A DNA stretch of 45,637 nt, from IMG/VR virus record IMGVR_UViG_3300045988_028519; one strand, given 5' to 3'. Source of the DNA: a virus. Of this stretch, positions 31,166 through 40,714 are shown one piece after another; the stretch's first letter is position 1, and every line of letters begins with the position of its first letter. The translations under genes and the position numbers were made by a program. The notes beneath the pieces were generated by a model. It was not told where the DNA came from and made no database searches. It saw only the letters and a program-made list of their open reading frames with translations.

Positions 31166-31582
31166 ATGAATGACAATGCAACAATAGCGCAAAACATCAA
31201 AGCCCTGCGTGAACACCACAATATATCGCAGGTCGAATTTGCAAAAATGATGGAGGTTACAGATCGAGCGATTTCCGCATGGGAAACCGGAATAAAAGAA
31301 CCTCGCTTGAAGAACATTAACAAAATCGCAGAGATTTTCAACGTCCCCCCACAAGAGATAATATACGGAAATCTCGAAACCTACTATCAAAACAAAAACT
31401 CCCCCACTCCGGCCGCAGCCGAAGCGAGGGAGAACAACCAAGTAACCCGTGAAGATTTACTTGAAGTTTTGCAGAAACTTCACATCATTGAGAGCGGCAG
31501 CGCCGCGATCTCGGATGCCGACCTGCAATTCCTCATGCACATTATCGCGGTGATTGATGACTGGTTCAGCAATCGCGGATAG
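31166..31582 (+). CDS. CI-like repressor (XRE-family HTH)
   Basis: The ATG follows AGAGGGGGTG. The product is MNDNATIAQNIKALREHHNISQVEFAKMMEVTDRAISAWETG... Confidence 0.75.
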   Translation: MNDNATIAQNIKALREHHNISQVEFAKMMEVTDRAISAWETGIKEPRLKNINKIAEIFNVPPQEIIYGNLETYYQNKNSPTPAAAEARENNQVTREDLLEVLQKLHIIESGSAAISDADLQFLMHIIAVIDDWFSNRG

Positions 31583-31651
31583 CGTGTCCAAGATGAGGCG
31601 GGGATTCGAAAACGAATTGATGTAGTTTAACAGCTTGTCGATATTGTCCAT
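31457..31651 (-). CDS. Possible 64-aa ORF, or an antisense RNA, overlapping the repressor 3' end by 126 nt
   Basis: It lies downstream of the candidate promoter at 31685-31714. The RBS (GGCGGA) is weak and the coding status is uncertain. Confidence 0.25.
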   Translation of the reverse strand: MDNIDKLLNYINSFSNPRLILDTLSAIAEPVINHRDNVHEELQVGIRDRGAAALNDVKFLQNFK

Positions 31652-31684
31652 TTTAATTTCCGCCTTTCGTTCTTTGGTTTTAGC

Positions 31685-31714
31685 ATATTACCATTTTGAG
31701 GAAAATGCAATCAA
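31685..31714 (-). promoter_or_regulatory. Possible promoter facing the 3' end of the repressor gene
   Basis: The minus strand reads TTGATT (31714-31709), an 18-nt spacer ending in TGG, then TAATAT (31690-31685). Confidence 0.4.
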
Positions 31715-31815
31715 AACCGTTCGTCAATTTACGCCTAAATTATGCAGAACATTTGTTCGGTTATAAAGGGCAATAAATTGACCAGCATAACCAATGTCCC
31801 ATAAACCGGACAAAT

Positions 31816-31858
31816 AAAAAATGCCCGCCGGTGACGCAACCACCAAACGGGCATTTAT
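31816..31858. terminator. Hairpin terminator, stronger on the minus strand
   Basis: ATGCCCG (31821-31827) pairs with CGGGCAT (31848-31854). It is followed on the minus strand by TTTTTTATTTGT. Confidence 0.45.
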
Positions 31859-31911
31859 ACAAGGGCTTCCCTTGCACACACATTTTACCATAAAGAAAGG
31901 AAGTGTGCAAG

Positions 31912-32433
31912 ATGAACAAATCCAACGTGCAGACTGCTATATCTGCGGTACTTGCGTGCGCTGTAATAGGCGTATCTGTATATTCCTATCAGCTATACAG
32001 AAACAATGTCGCCCTATGCGAACAGATAGACCAAAACGCAGCTACCGTGTCGAAAGCAAAATCACAGATTGCCACTGTTGACGATCTGAATGCACAAATA
32101 GCCGATTTGCAATCCCAGCTTGATTCCAAAACAGCCGAATACAATGAGCTGTCAAACGAGAAAAGCTCCGTTGAGGACCTGACGCAGCAAGCGTATGAAG
32201 AAGGCTGGAACGACGCTTGCTACGAATACGATCTGGAACCCAATTCTGACGATATTCCGGCATACGACTATGTTGCAGAGATCGACAAGGCTAATAGCCC
32301 CACCGCCTACATCACACCATCCGGAAAGCGTTACCACCTGTCGCAGTCCTGCGCCGGTGAAAACGCAATCAAAACAACAATCGCAGAAGCAAGCGAAGAG
32401 GGCTATACGCCCTGTGCAAACTGTGCACAATAA
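31912..32433 (+). CDS. Membrane-anchored coiled-coil protein with a C-terminal YH..C...C..C motif (lysogeny-module moron)
   Basis: The product has a TM helix (MNKSNVQTAISAVLACAVIGVSVYSY), a coiled coil, and GKRYHLSQSCAGENAI..GYTPCANCAQ. It sits between the repressor and integrase genes. Confidence 0.6.
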   Translation: MNKSNVQTAISAVLACAVIGVSVYSYQLYRNNVALCEQIDQNAATVSKAKSQIATVDDLNAQIADLQSQLDSKTAEYNELSNEKSSVEDLTQQAYEEGWNDACYEYDLEPNSDDIPAYDYVAEIDKANSPTAYITPSGKRYHLSQSCAGENAIKTTIAEASEEGYTPCANCAQ

Positions 32434-32537
32434 AAATCCCGCCCCAGCGTTGACAGCACCGAAGCGGGAAACGAGGGTAGAAACTTTGGAACGGAATCTA
32501 CCCTCTTATTATACGACAAAATAGGAGGTTTTTCAAC

Positions 32538-33617
32538 ATGAATAAAAACAAAGATGGATATTATCGTGAATCATTCTCGTTTGCGGGAAAGCGCTACAAT
32601 GTCCGTGCAAAGACGCAACGCGATTTGTGGCGAAAGGTGGAGGAGAAGAAGCACCGTCTTGAACAGGGTATCGACATTATTAACGAAAATACCACAGTTG
32701 ATAAGTGGTTTACAGATTATCTGGAGACCTACAAAAAGACCACGGTAGCAAATAGCACATATCGAAACATGGTTGGCATGCAAAAAAATTATATCTCTCC
32801 GGTCATCGGGAATATGCGGCTGTGCGATGTTAAGTCAGCGCATTTGCAGCGTATTATGAATGAGGTTGCCGGAAAGTCCTTTTCCCTCGCAACCAAACTA
32901 ATCACATTCATTAGAGCTGCGTTTAAGCAGGCTCGTATAGAGCGCATACTCACATTTGACCCTTCCGAGGGAATCACTATGCCAACAGCAGAAAGAGGTA
33001 CACACAGAGCCATTACCGCAGATGAGCGGAAACATATACTCAACGTCTGCAAAACACATCGCGCCGGTTTTTGGGTTTTGTTTATGCTTTACACTGGTGC
33101 GCGTCCGGTTGAAACTCGCAAAGCCAAATGGGAAGATGTGAGGTTGAGTGAAAACAGAATAATCCTGCATTCAGCAAAGACCGACTACGGCGATCGTTCT
33201 GTTCCTATCAATCCTGCATTGCGTCCGTATCTCACCGGAGGCACAGGATATATCTTTACTCAGCCGACAACTGGCGCTCCATATAGCATATCTTCCATGT
33301 ATCACATGTGGCAAACTTTTAAGCGTGCTCTTGATATTGACATGGGTGCAAAGACTTTCCGCAAAACTATTATACCAGAGACATCTAAAGTAGCCGAAGA
33401 CCTCACTCCATACTGTATGCGTCACACTTTTGCAACCGATTTGCAAACCGCAGGCGTACCTATCAATGTAGCAAAAGAACTCATGGGGCACAAAAGCATC
33501 GCTATGACCGCGCGAATTTATACGCACCTCTCTGACGAGGCATTTGCGTCTGCCGCCGCTCGTATTTCGGAATTTCAGCAAGCGCGCGATAGCGGGAAAA
33601 TCGCATCTATTAGGTGA
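32538..33617 (+). CDS. int: Tyrosine integrase
   Basis: 359 aa. C-terminal catalytic-region pattern: ARPVETRKAKWEDV, YCMRHTFATDL, LMGHKSIAMTARIYTH. Confidence 0.9.
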   Translation: MNKNKDGYYRESFSFAGKRYNVRAKTQRDLWRKVEEKKHRLEQGIDIINENTTVDKWFTDYLETYKKTTVANSTYRNMVGMQKNYISPVIGNMRLCDVKSAHLQRIMNEVAGKSFSLATKLITFIRAAFKQARIERILTFDPSEGITMPTAERGTHRAITADERKHILNVCKTHRAGFWVLFMLYTGARPVETRKAKWEDVRLSENRIILHSAKTDYGDRSVPINPALRPYLTGGTGYIFTQPTTGAPYSISSMYHMWQTFKRALDIDMGAKTFRKTIIPETSKVAEDLTPYCMRHTFATDLQTAGVPINVAKELMGHKSIAMTARIYTHLSDEAFASAAARISEFQQARDSGKIASIR

Positions 33618-33634
33618 CACATCAAGTGACACAC
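33612..33634. repeat. 23-bp direct repeat, copy 1 (AGGTGACACATCAAGTGACACAC), spanning the int stop codon
   Basis: It is identical to 33874-33896. Confidence 0.9.
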
Positions 33635-33729
33635 CCAACACCACACAAAACCCCTTTAAAACACATTTATGAGGTAATCGTCGCAATCCCCCGTTTTGTT
33701 TCATACCTTGAATAAATTCGTAAAAACAG

Positions 33730-33770
33730 AAATTCCTCGCCAAATTCAGAGTTTGACGAGGAATTTTATT
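33730..33770 (+). terminator. Possible integrase terminator
   Basis: AAATTCCTCG (33730-33739) pairs with CGAGGAATTT (33757-33766) around a 17-nt loop. It is followed by TATTCGGTTTT. Confidence 0.35.
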
Positions 33771-33873
33771 CGGTTTTATATGCAAGGGTAAAATCATAGC
33801 ATATTGCAGTTGCTTCAATATGTAATTCTTAAAAATCTCAGCTATATCTAACGATTTATGCATTAAAAATCAC

Positions 33874-33896
33874 AGGTGACACATCAAGTGACACAC
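33874..33896. repeat. 23-bp direct repeat, copy 2
   Basis: It is identical to 33612-33634, and 239 bp of AT-richer sequence lies between the copies. Confidence 0.9.
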
Positions 33897-33903
33897 AAAA
33901 GAG

Positions 33904-33929
33904 AAAAAAAGGAGGGCTTCGCGCCCTCC
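33904..33929 (-). terminator. Rho-independent terminator after the 2243-aa gene
   Basis: GGAGGGC pairs with GCCCTCC in a 7-bp stem, followed on the minus strand by a run of seven T. Confidence 0.7.
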
Positions 33930-33935
33930 CTTCTC

Positions 33936-36900
33936 TTATCCGCCATACCCCGGAATAACCGTTCTCGGGTCAATGCTCTGTCCGTTCTTATGCACTCTCA
34001 GGTGTAGGTGCGGAGCGGAGCTGCTGCCGGTGGAGCCGATCACGCCGACCTGCTGACCTGCGCTTACCGTGTCTCCCTGCTTAACCGTAGCCTTCTGCAA
34101 GTGACCGTACAGCGAGGTATAGCCGTCGCCGTGGTCTACCACAACATAGTTGCCGTAGCCGTTCTCGTCGTAGCCAACCTCAGTAACCTTACCGCCGCCG
34201 ATACTGTCCGCCGCCTGACCGTTCAGATTGCCGCCTGTGCCGCCAATATCAATACCGTCATGATTGGTGCTGCTGTAGCCTTTCGAGGTCTTGACCGCGT
34301 TTCTGCCGCCGTATCCGCTGGTTACAACCGAGTTGCTTGCCGTAGTCGGATTAACAAATCCCGCGCTGCTGGTTTTCTGCGAAGCCGATGAACGGTTTAC
34401 ATTGATTCCGGTGTTCAAACCGCTATCTTCCGGCAGCTTGCCGCCGCTGGTGTAATAGCTATCAATCTTCTTTTTGCCGAGCGCGTGCATAACCGCCGCA
34501 TACTGATCGTAACTGGAAACCATTTTGCTTACCACTGCACCCATCGCAGCAATTTTAGCGTTCTTTTCTCCGCTCTTATAAGGTGCTGCATTAGCGGCTG
34601 CCTTAATCTGCGCATACTGCGTAGCGGAAATTCCCACGTTCTTTACCTCACTGATATACTCCTTCTCTGCCTTTGTGCCGTCGGAAGTAAGCATATCAAA
34701 AGTATAATTAGCCGGGTCTGCCTTGACCATGCTATAAAATTTGAACGTGTTTTCAAGAGCTTCTCTCTTCTCTGCGCTGTATCCCTTGGCATCGAGATAA
34801 CGCGAAAACTCCGTAGCCTCCAAAGAAGCGCGTCCCTTCTCGATATCCTCACCTTCCTTGGTGATCGCCTGCTTCTGAATCATTGCATCGACGTATTCCT
34901 CAGCCGTCACCTTGCCGCTGATTTCGGTATACTTATCCCACTGGCTCTGCGACGTACCCTTGATAAGCAGCGAGTGATACAGGCCGTTCTTCTCCTGATC
35001 GGAAAGTGAGCTGTCAGCCTTGATTGCACTGAATACCTGGTCTCGTGCTTCCCAGCCCTCCATATCGTTGTTCAGGCTGTCCTCCATCTCCTTGTAGGCG
35101 TAGTACAAACCCGGCTCAATGCCGCTTTCGCTTACAATCTTCGTTGTGCCGTCCAGTTCCTTCTTGTATACCTTGTTTGCCGCAATCGCCTTGGCATACT
35201 TGTAAATATCCGCAACCGCTTCGATTCTCTCATCGTTCGACATTTGCTTGTACGCCTCGGATTTTGTCAGCTTGTCGATTGCATCCAACGAGATTTTACC
35301 GCTCTGGCTTGTCAGTGTGGAATATTCCTGCGCGGTGAGGAACTTCTTCGTGCCGTCCTCAGCCTTGTAATACTTCTGCGGCTTGCTTGGCAAAACAGAG
35401 TTGTCGCCGGTTGCCTGATACAGCTCTTTGAGCGTCTTTTCTGCCTGTGTGCCCTTTGCATCCGCCAGATAGCCCGGCGAGAAGAAGTTGTACGCCGCGC
35501 GTGCGAACACGTTGTCCGGTCCGTTCTTCTGTTCTCTGCCCCAAACATCCGTATATGCAGGCTGATACTGCGACAGTCCCGGAATTTTGTTCGCCTGCCG
35601 CTGCAAGAACTTCTGCACGCTCGACGGAACAGGACTGTTCTTGTCCGCATAGGTGGTTCTGCGCGTGTTGTCCACCGTCCGCGCAACCTGACCGAACAGC
35701 GTCGGCACGAACTGACCGCCAAAGTTGGTTGCAACGTTGCTTGCAATGCCAAACAACGGATTGCTCTTGCTGTATGCCGCGCTCGTAACCGTCGAGCCAA
35801 TGCCAGACAGCATCGTCATATTGAGCATCGGGTCGAACATGCGGCTGACCGTTGCCATTGCCTGATTGAACGCGGTTTCCTCGTCGTCGTACTTCTGGTT
35901 CAGTGCTTCATACAGCTCGCCGCCCATCGCAAGCGGCACAACAGCCGGAGACGCCCAGTCAATCGTGTACGACTTGCCACCGATGTTGATTGCATACTCC
36001 TGCTGACCCATGCCCGCATCAAAGTTTGCTTCCTTGTCGTCGTCGCTCGAGCCTGCAGAGAACAAACCTTGCGCTGCAAGGAACGCGCCGAGCGCCGCAA
36101 CGCCCGAACCGGTGAGACCCTGTCCGATATGGTCGATCATCTTCGTTGCGTCCATATTGCCCTTCTTGACCTGTACCGCGTCATAAGTGATTGCTTTCAG
36201 CAGACCGACCGGTGACAGCTCAAACGAGCGTTTTGCAACGTTGATTGGCGTGCGTTTGAACGGCACAAGTGAGCCGATAATAACTTCTGTTGCCTTGTTC
36301 TTCTTTTCCAGTCGGCTGAGCGTGTCCGCCAGTGCCGACGCATCCTGAAACGTTGCAATCTTCGCGTCCTGAATCGCGTGCTGACGCGCCTCGTTCAGCT
36401 GTGCTTCCGTGAGGTTGTTTACGTCCCAGCCGCGCGCCGTCAGGAAGTTACCCATGCTGTCAATGTAGGATTTCTTCTTAAAAACCTGATCTTCCGCGTC
36501 AAGCGCCCATGTGTTCGCGTCCATCACCTTTTGCAGCGGCTTCGGAAACAGCTTCTGCCGCTGCTTGATTTCGCTCATTTCGGTTTTGTAGGCATTGCCG
36601 CTGAGTTCCGTCTCGACGTTTGCATAGTCCGCCTTGGCAAACTGCTTTGCCGCCTTGCTTGTATGCAGCGCACGGGTTCGCTTTTCCTTTGGCAAAAACT
36701 TCTGACCTACTGCCGAAACCTTGTGACTGGTATCGAGCGCCGCCGCAGAGGCTACGTTGCCCATAATGTTGCGGATATGTGTTCTCGGATTGCCGAGCAT
36801 CGCAAAATAGCGCCATGCGTTCAGTCTGTCGCCTGCCGTCTTAGGAATCTGCTGCGCAACGTCATTGTAAATCTTGTCTACAACCGCGTCGCGTGCTTCC

Positions 36901-39900
36901 TGCGTCTCCGCGTTCAGAAACTCCTGCACCAAATCCTCGTTCAGCTTGAGGCCATACTGGTCCGCAATATCTTCCGCCGGGACACCCTGCTTTTTCGCAG
37001 CCTTTCCCGCCTGCTTGTCAAACCGCGACTGATACTCCTGCTGAATCTTCTGTACAGCCTTCTGCAAGTAGTAAAGCTGACCTTCCGGCGTGGTCTTTTT
37101 GAGCAGCTTAAACGCATTTACACCGCGTCCGAGTGCCGTGCCCTGCACCGCAAGGTCACCCGCGAGCTTCATTGCCGTCTGCGTGTCGCCCGCTTCGACC
37201 GCCGCCGTATACATCATCTGACCGAGTGCAATATCATCGTCCGTAACGGCTCTGCGGCCGTCCGTCACTTCCTCCCACTGGTCAAACGCGCCCTGCCATC
37301 CCTTCTTCTGAATGGTTTTCGTCGCACCGCTGAGCGTTTTTTTCAGCGACTTCACATCATGTGAAAACAAACCCTCTGCGACGTGGTTTTCCAGTGCCGG
37401 AATGAGGCTGTCAGGTGTCACGCCGCTTTCCATGATCGTTCTTGCAACATTGCTTACTTTGTCCGTGCCGTCCGTACTTTGCGGCACATCCACCATGCGT
37501 GCCGGGTTCATGCCCTCCGGAATCGCGCCGTAATCATTGACCATCTTGGAATACGGGTCAAATCCGGTTTCCGCCGCACCCACCGAGCTTTCCGCATTCA
37601 CTTCCGCTTTTGTCAGCTTGGGGTTAATGTCCGCCTGCTGTGCCGCCGCCTGCGCGTTTTCCTGCATCGGCTGTGTAATTTCCGGCGGTGCAGTCTGAAC
37701 GCCCGTCTGCACCGTCTCAGCCCCCGCACGGGTCAGCTTCGGCATAATGTCGTTCCGCGCCTGCTGCACATCCGCAAGCGTCGGTGCGCTCTGCGTCTGA
37801 CCGGCTCTCTGCATCGGGCTCAGGTTGATCGGAGCCGCCGTCGCGCCCTGCATTACCGGGCTGATAATATTCCGGTCGAGTCTTGCGTTGGTGTCCTGAA
37901 TATTTGCCGTGTGTGCAGGTGTGCCGCGCTGCACCACCAGATTACCATCTACAATCTGTGCAGAGATAACATTTTCGCCCAGTGCATTTGCTGCCGCCTG
38001 AATCTCCAATGCGGTCTGCAAGTCCTGCGCCAGTTCTGCGCTGATAAACTGACCGCCGCCGCGCTGAATATCTGCTTTTACCAGCTGTGCCGCAACCTGC
38101 GCCGCCTCGGCTCTGCTCGGTGCCTTGCCGTTCTTCTTGTAGTAGTCGGAGTACCACTTTTCGTTGTTGCTTGCTCTAAAACTGGTTCCGTCTGCGTTCC
38201 ACACAACAGACGTACCCTGTGGCGTGTAGCCTCTTACATACTGTTCCGCCGACTGCAATGCCTGATTGTATTCCTCAAACGTAGAATCAACAATTTCATG
38301 TGTTACCTGCTGAATGCTGACACCGGTTTTCTCCTGATTAGCCGCAAGAAGCTTCGCCCACTGCATTTCGGCATCGCTCAAACCGCCGTTCGGATTACCC
38401 GCATCATCCACCGAAAACCGTGGAATCGTCTGCGTTTCATCCACCTGTGCCGCAACCTTCGTCAATCCGCTGCGTCCCACTGGCAGATAACCGGTCGGAA
38501 GGGTTTGCGATACCTGTCCGTTCTGGCTTGCATACAATACACTGCCGCTGTCCGGCGCAGACGTGAAATCGCCGCGCAGATTTCCGTACAGTACGTCCGG
38601 TGTATCCGCATTGTTAAATGCACGCAGATTGTTCGCAACACCGCCGTTCTCGTTCGCATACAACGTGTTAGCCGTGCGCGTGTTGCCCTCAGGCAGTGCA
38701 AGCCGCTGTGCCGTCGGGAGTGCCTGCGACGTGTTCGGGTGCAGTCGATTGTCCATCTGCTCTGCCGCCCGCACATCCGCATTTGCGTCATGAATAGAGG
38801 TGGTTGTCTCAGCCGGTGCAGTGCCGTATCTCCGGTTTGCCAGCCGTTCCGATACCGCGTTTGCGCCCTGCATAATGCCTGCAAGCGTCATGCCGCCCTT
38901 TGCACTGTCCCAAAGCTCCTGTGCAGTTGCGTTCTGTGCGTTCTTGTCGTAGGTAGCGCGTTTCAGATAGGGATTGATAAGCGTGCTCGCTGCTTCCTCC
39001 ACGCCCTCACCGAGAATATCAAACGCCTTGTTGAGAATCTTGCTCTTGCTTCCCAGCTTTGCAACGCCCTCGTTCAGTCCAGGAATACCGCCGAACATCT
39101 TCTCTGTGCCGACTTCGGTTAAGCCGCTGCCCGCACCGTAAGCAAGCGCCTGATTGAGACTTGCGCCGTCGTTCAGCGCCTCGCGTGCACCACTCGCCGC
39201 AGAATCGCCAAAGATTGCCGCTAAACTTGCATTCGCAAGAGGTGCTTTATCCAGCAGAGAGGAAACCTTGCTTGCCGTGCCGGTTGCCGCACCAAGCGCC
39301 ATGCCCGGCAGCATACGCGCACCGGAACCAGCAAGCTCCTGCGCTTTCTTTGCCATACCGACAGGCTGTGCCCAGTCGTTCACCTTCTGCATTGCAGAAT
39401 CCGCAAAGCTGGTGTTTGCCGTGTTCTTTGCAACATCTTCCCAGAACTGGCCAGCATCCTGATTGCCCGCCAGTTTCAGCGCGCCGCTCAGTGCGTTTTC
39501 AGCTGCAGAGGTGACATAGCGTGCTCCGTTTTCTACCGCACCCGCTGCATTGAGTGCTGCATTTGCAACGCCGCTTCCCCACGCCTTGCCCGCACTTTGC
39601 TTGCTGATCGCATCCGCTTCATCGTTCAGCCGCTTGTACAGCTGATACATCGCGTCCGCCTGTTTTTTGTTCGTCGTGCTCATCTTGCTGTACTGGTCAT
39701 CGCCGTTAATACCGGCAGCCGCCAGTTTCGGATGAGAAATCAGCCACGGCACCGCAGCCAGCTTTTCTCCTGCATTGCGGTTTTTCATGTCCATAGCGAT
39801 CAGATACGGATACTGCTTCTGCATCCGGTCAATCTCGTTGTTCAGTTCGTCATACCGTGACTGTCTCTGCTCCTGCGTCTGATAGTTCTGCCCAAACGCT

Positions 39901-40667
39901 GCATTTCTCGCCGTCTCAACCACCGGCTTGGAAACATTGGTCTTTCCGCCACTGGCTTTTGGCAGATACGTCGCGCCGGTATCGCCATTGTACGTCATGC
40001 CGAACTTCTTGCGGATACGGTCGTTAGCCGCGTGCAGGCGTGTCTTTTCTGCTTCATCCGACGTGTTGTGCCACGCCATGGAGTTGGCATTCAGCGTATC
40101 AATCGCTTTCTGCCGTTCTTCCTTCTCATTCCACGTCTTTCCGGTGCCGGTTTTCGTCGCCGCCATCTGATTCCGTGTATTGATCGTGCGGTTTGCATCT
40201 GCCGCTCTGCCAGCCCGTGCACGTCTATCGTTTGACCGCAGCGGCGTGTACACCTGCTGTGCCGCAGCATAAGGCGTTGCCTTTCTGGTACTGCCGCCAG
40301 TAAGGTAATTACTGCCCTGTCTCAGCGTCGTGCTCTGCCGTCTCTCCGCATCCGCCTTGCGGGCTGCACTTGCACGGCGGTCTATGGTGGTCTTGGCACC
40401 TCCGTTTTTTGAGCCGCCGAATGAGCTGCCCAGCGAGCTGTTCATCCGCGTTTTGCTTACCGTGCTTCTGGTCGTTCCTGTGCTCTGCCGTGTATTTCGG
40501 CTTCCCGTGCTTCCGCCGCCCTTTGCGGAGATTTTCTGCTTCGGTGCGTTCTTGTGCGTCGCGTTGTACTGCTGAATCAGCGCCTTGTTCTGCTTCTGTT
40601 TTGCTTTGATCTTAGCGTTTTTCTTTGCCTGTTCAAGCTGCTCTCTGCGGCCCTTGCTTAATGCCAT
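33936..40667 (-). CDS. Giant virion-associated multidomain protein (2243 aa) with a C-terminal M23 peptidase; putative ejection/internal-core protein
   Basis: The M23 motifs are HDGIDIGG and SSSAPHLHLRVH at the C-terminus. The N-terminus is extremely basic, and the central region is long and conserved-looking (WRYFAMLGNPRTHIRNIMGN..). Confidence 0.75.
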   Translation of the reverse strand: MALSKGRREQLEQAKKNAKIKAKQKQNKALIQQYNATHKNAPKQKISAKGGGSTGSRNTRQSTGTTRSTVSKTRMNSSLGSSFGGSKNGGAKTTIDRRASAARKADAERRQSTTLRQGSNYLTGGSTRKATPYAAAQQVYTPLRSNDRRARAGRAADANRTINTRNQMAATKTGTGKTWNEKEERQKAIDTLNANSMAWHNTSDEAEKTRLHAANDRIRKKFGMTYNGDTGATYLPKASGGKTNVSKPVVETARNAAFGQNYQTQEQRQSRYDELNNEIDRMQKQYPYLIAMDMKNRNAGEKLAAVPWLISHPKLAAAGINGDDQYSKMSTTNKKQADAMYQLYKRLNDEADAISKQSAGKAWGSGVANAALNAAGAVENGARYVTSAAENALSGALKLAGNQDAGQFWEDVAKNTANTSFADSAMQKVNDWAQPVGMAKKAQELAGSGARMLPGMALGAATGTASKVSSLLDKAPLANASLAAIFGDSAASGAREALNDGASLNQALAYGAGSGLTEVGTEKMFGGIPGLNEGVAKLGSKSKILNKAFDILGEGVEEAASTLINPYLKRATYDKNAQNATAQELWDSAKGGMTLAGIMQGANAVSERLANRRYGTAPAETTTSIHDANADVRAAEQMDNRLHPNTSQALPTAQRLALPEGNTRTANTLYANENGGVANNLRAFNNADTPDVLYGNLRGDFTSAPDSGSVLYASQNGQVSQTLPTGYLPVGRSGLTKVAAQVDETQTIPRFSVDDAGNPNGGLSDAEMQWAKLLAANQEKTGVSIQQVTHEIVDSTFEEYNQALQSAEQYVRGYTPQGTSVVWNADGTSFRASNNEKWYSDYYKKNGKAPSRAEAAQVAAQLVKADIQRGGGQFISAELAQDLQTALEIQAAANALGENVISAQIVDGNLVVQRGTPAHTANIQDTNARLDRNIISPVMQGATAAPINLSPMQRAGQTQSAPTLADVQQARNDIMPKLTRAGAETVQTGVQTAPPEITQPMQENAQAAAQQADINPKLTKAEVNAESSVGAAETGFDPYSKMVNDYGAIPEGMNPARMVDVPQSTDGTDKVSNVARTIMESGVTPDSLIPALENHVAEGLFSHDVKSLKKTLSGATKTIQKKGWQGAFDQWEEVTDGRRAVTDDDIALGQMMYTAAVEAGDTQTAMKLAGDLAVQGTALGRGVNAFKLLKKTTPEGQLYYLQKAVQKIQQEYQSRFDKQAGKAAKKQGVPAEDIADQYGLKLNEDLVQEFLNAETQEARDAVVDKIYNDVAQQIPKTAGDRLNAWRYFAMLGNPRTHIRNIMGNVASAAALDTSHKVSAVGQKFLPKEKRTRALHTSKAAKQFAKADYANVETELSGNAYKTEMSEIKQRQKLFPKPLQKVMDANTWALDAEDQVFKKKSYIDSMGNFLTARGWDVNNLTEAQLNEARQHAIQDAKIATFQDASALADTLSRLEKKNKATEVIIGSLVPFKRTPINVAKRSFELSPVGLLKAITYDAVQVKKGNMDATKMIDHIGQGLTGSGVAALGAFLAAQGLFSAGSSDDDKEANFDAGMGQQEYAINIGGKSYTIDWASPAVVPLAMGGELYEALNQKYDDEETAFNQAMATVSRMFDPMLNMTMLSGIGSTVTSAAYSKSNPLFGIASNVATNFGGQFVPTLFGQVARTVDNTRRTTYADKNSPVPSSVQKFLQRQANKIPGLSQYQPAYTDVWGREQKNGPDNVFARAAYNFFSPGYLADAKGTQAEKTLKELYQATGDNSVLPSKPQKYYKAEDGTKKFLTAQEYSTLTSQSGKISLDAIDKLTKSEAYKQMSNDERIEAVADIYKYAKAIAANKVYKKELDGTTKIVSESGIEPGLYYAYKEMEDSLNNDMEGWEARDQVFSAIKADSSLSDQEKNGLYHSLLIKGTSQSQWDKYTEISGKVTAEEYVDAMIQKQAITKEGEDIEKGRASLEATEFSRYLDAKGYSAEKREALENTFKFYSMVKADPANYTFDMLTSDGTKAEKEYISEVKNVGISATQYAQIKAAANAAPYKSGEKNAKIAAMGAVVSKMVSSYDQYAAVMHALGKKKIDSYYTSGGKLPEDSGLNTGINVNRSSASQKTSSAGFVNPTTASNSVVTSGYGGRNAVKTSKGYSSTNHDGIDIGGTGGNLNGQAADSIGGGKVTEVGYDENGYGNYVVVDHGDGYTSLYGHLQKATVKQGDTVSAGQQVGVIGSTGSSSAPHLHLRVHKNGQSIDPRTVIPGYGG

Positions 40668-40714
40668 TGTACGCCTCCATAAAAGAAGGGGCGGTTAAGC
40701 CGCCCCTGTATTGT

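Noticed and set aside
33171-33863. 230-aa minus-strand ORF
   Set aside because: It is antisense to the 3' half of the integrase gene and the att region, its sequence is implausible, and it has no RBS.
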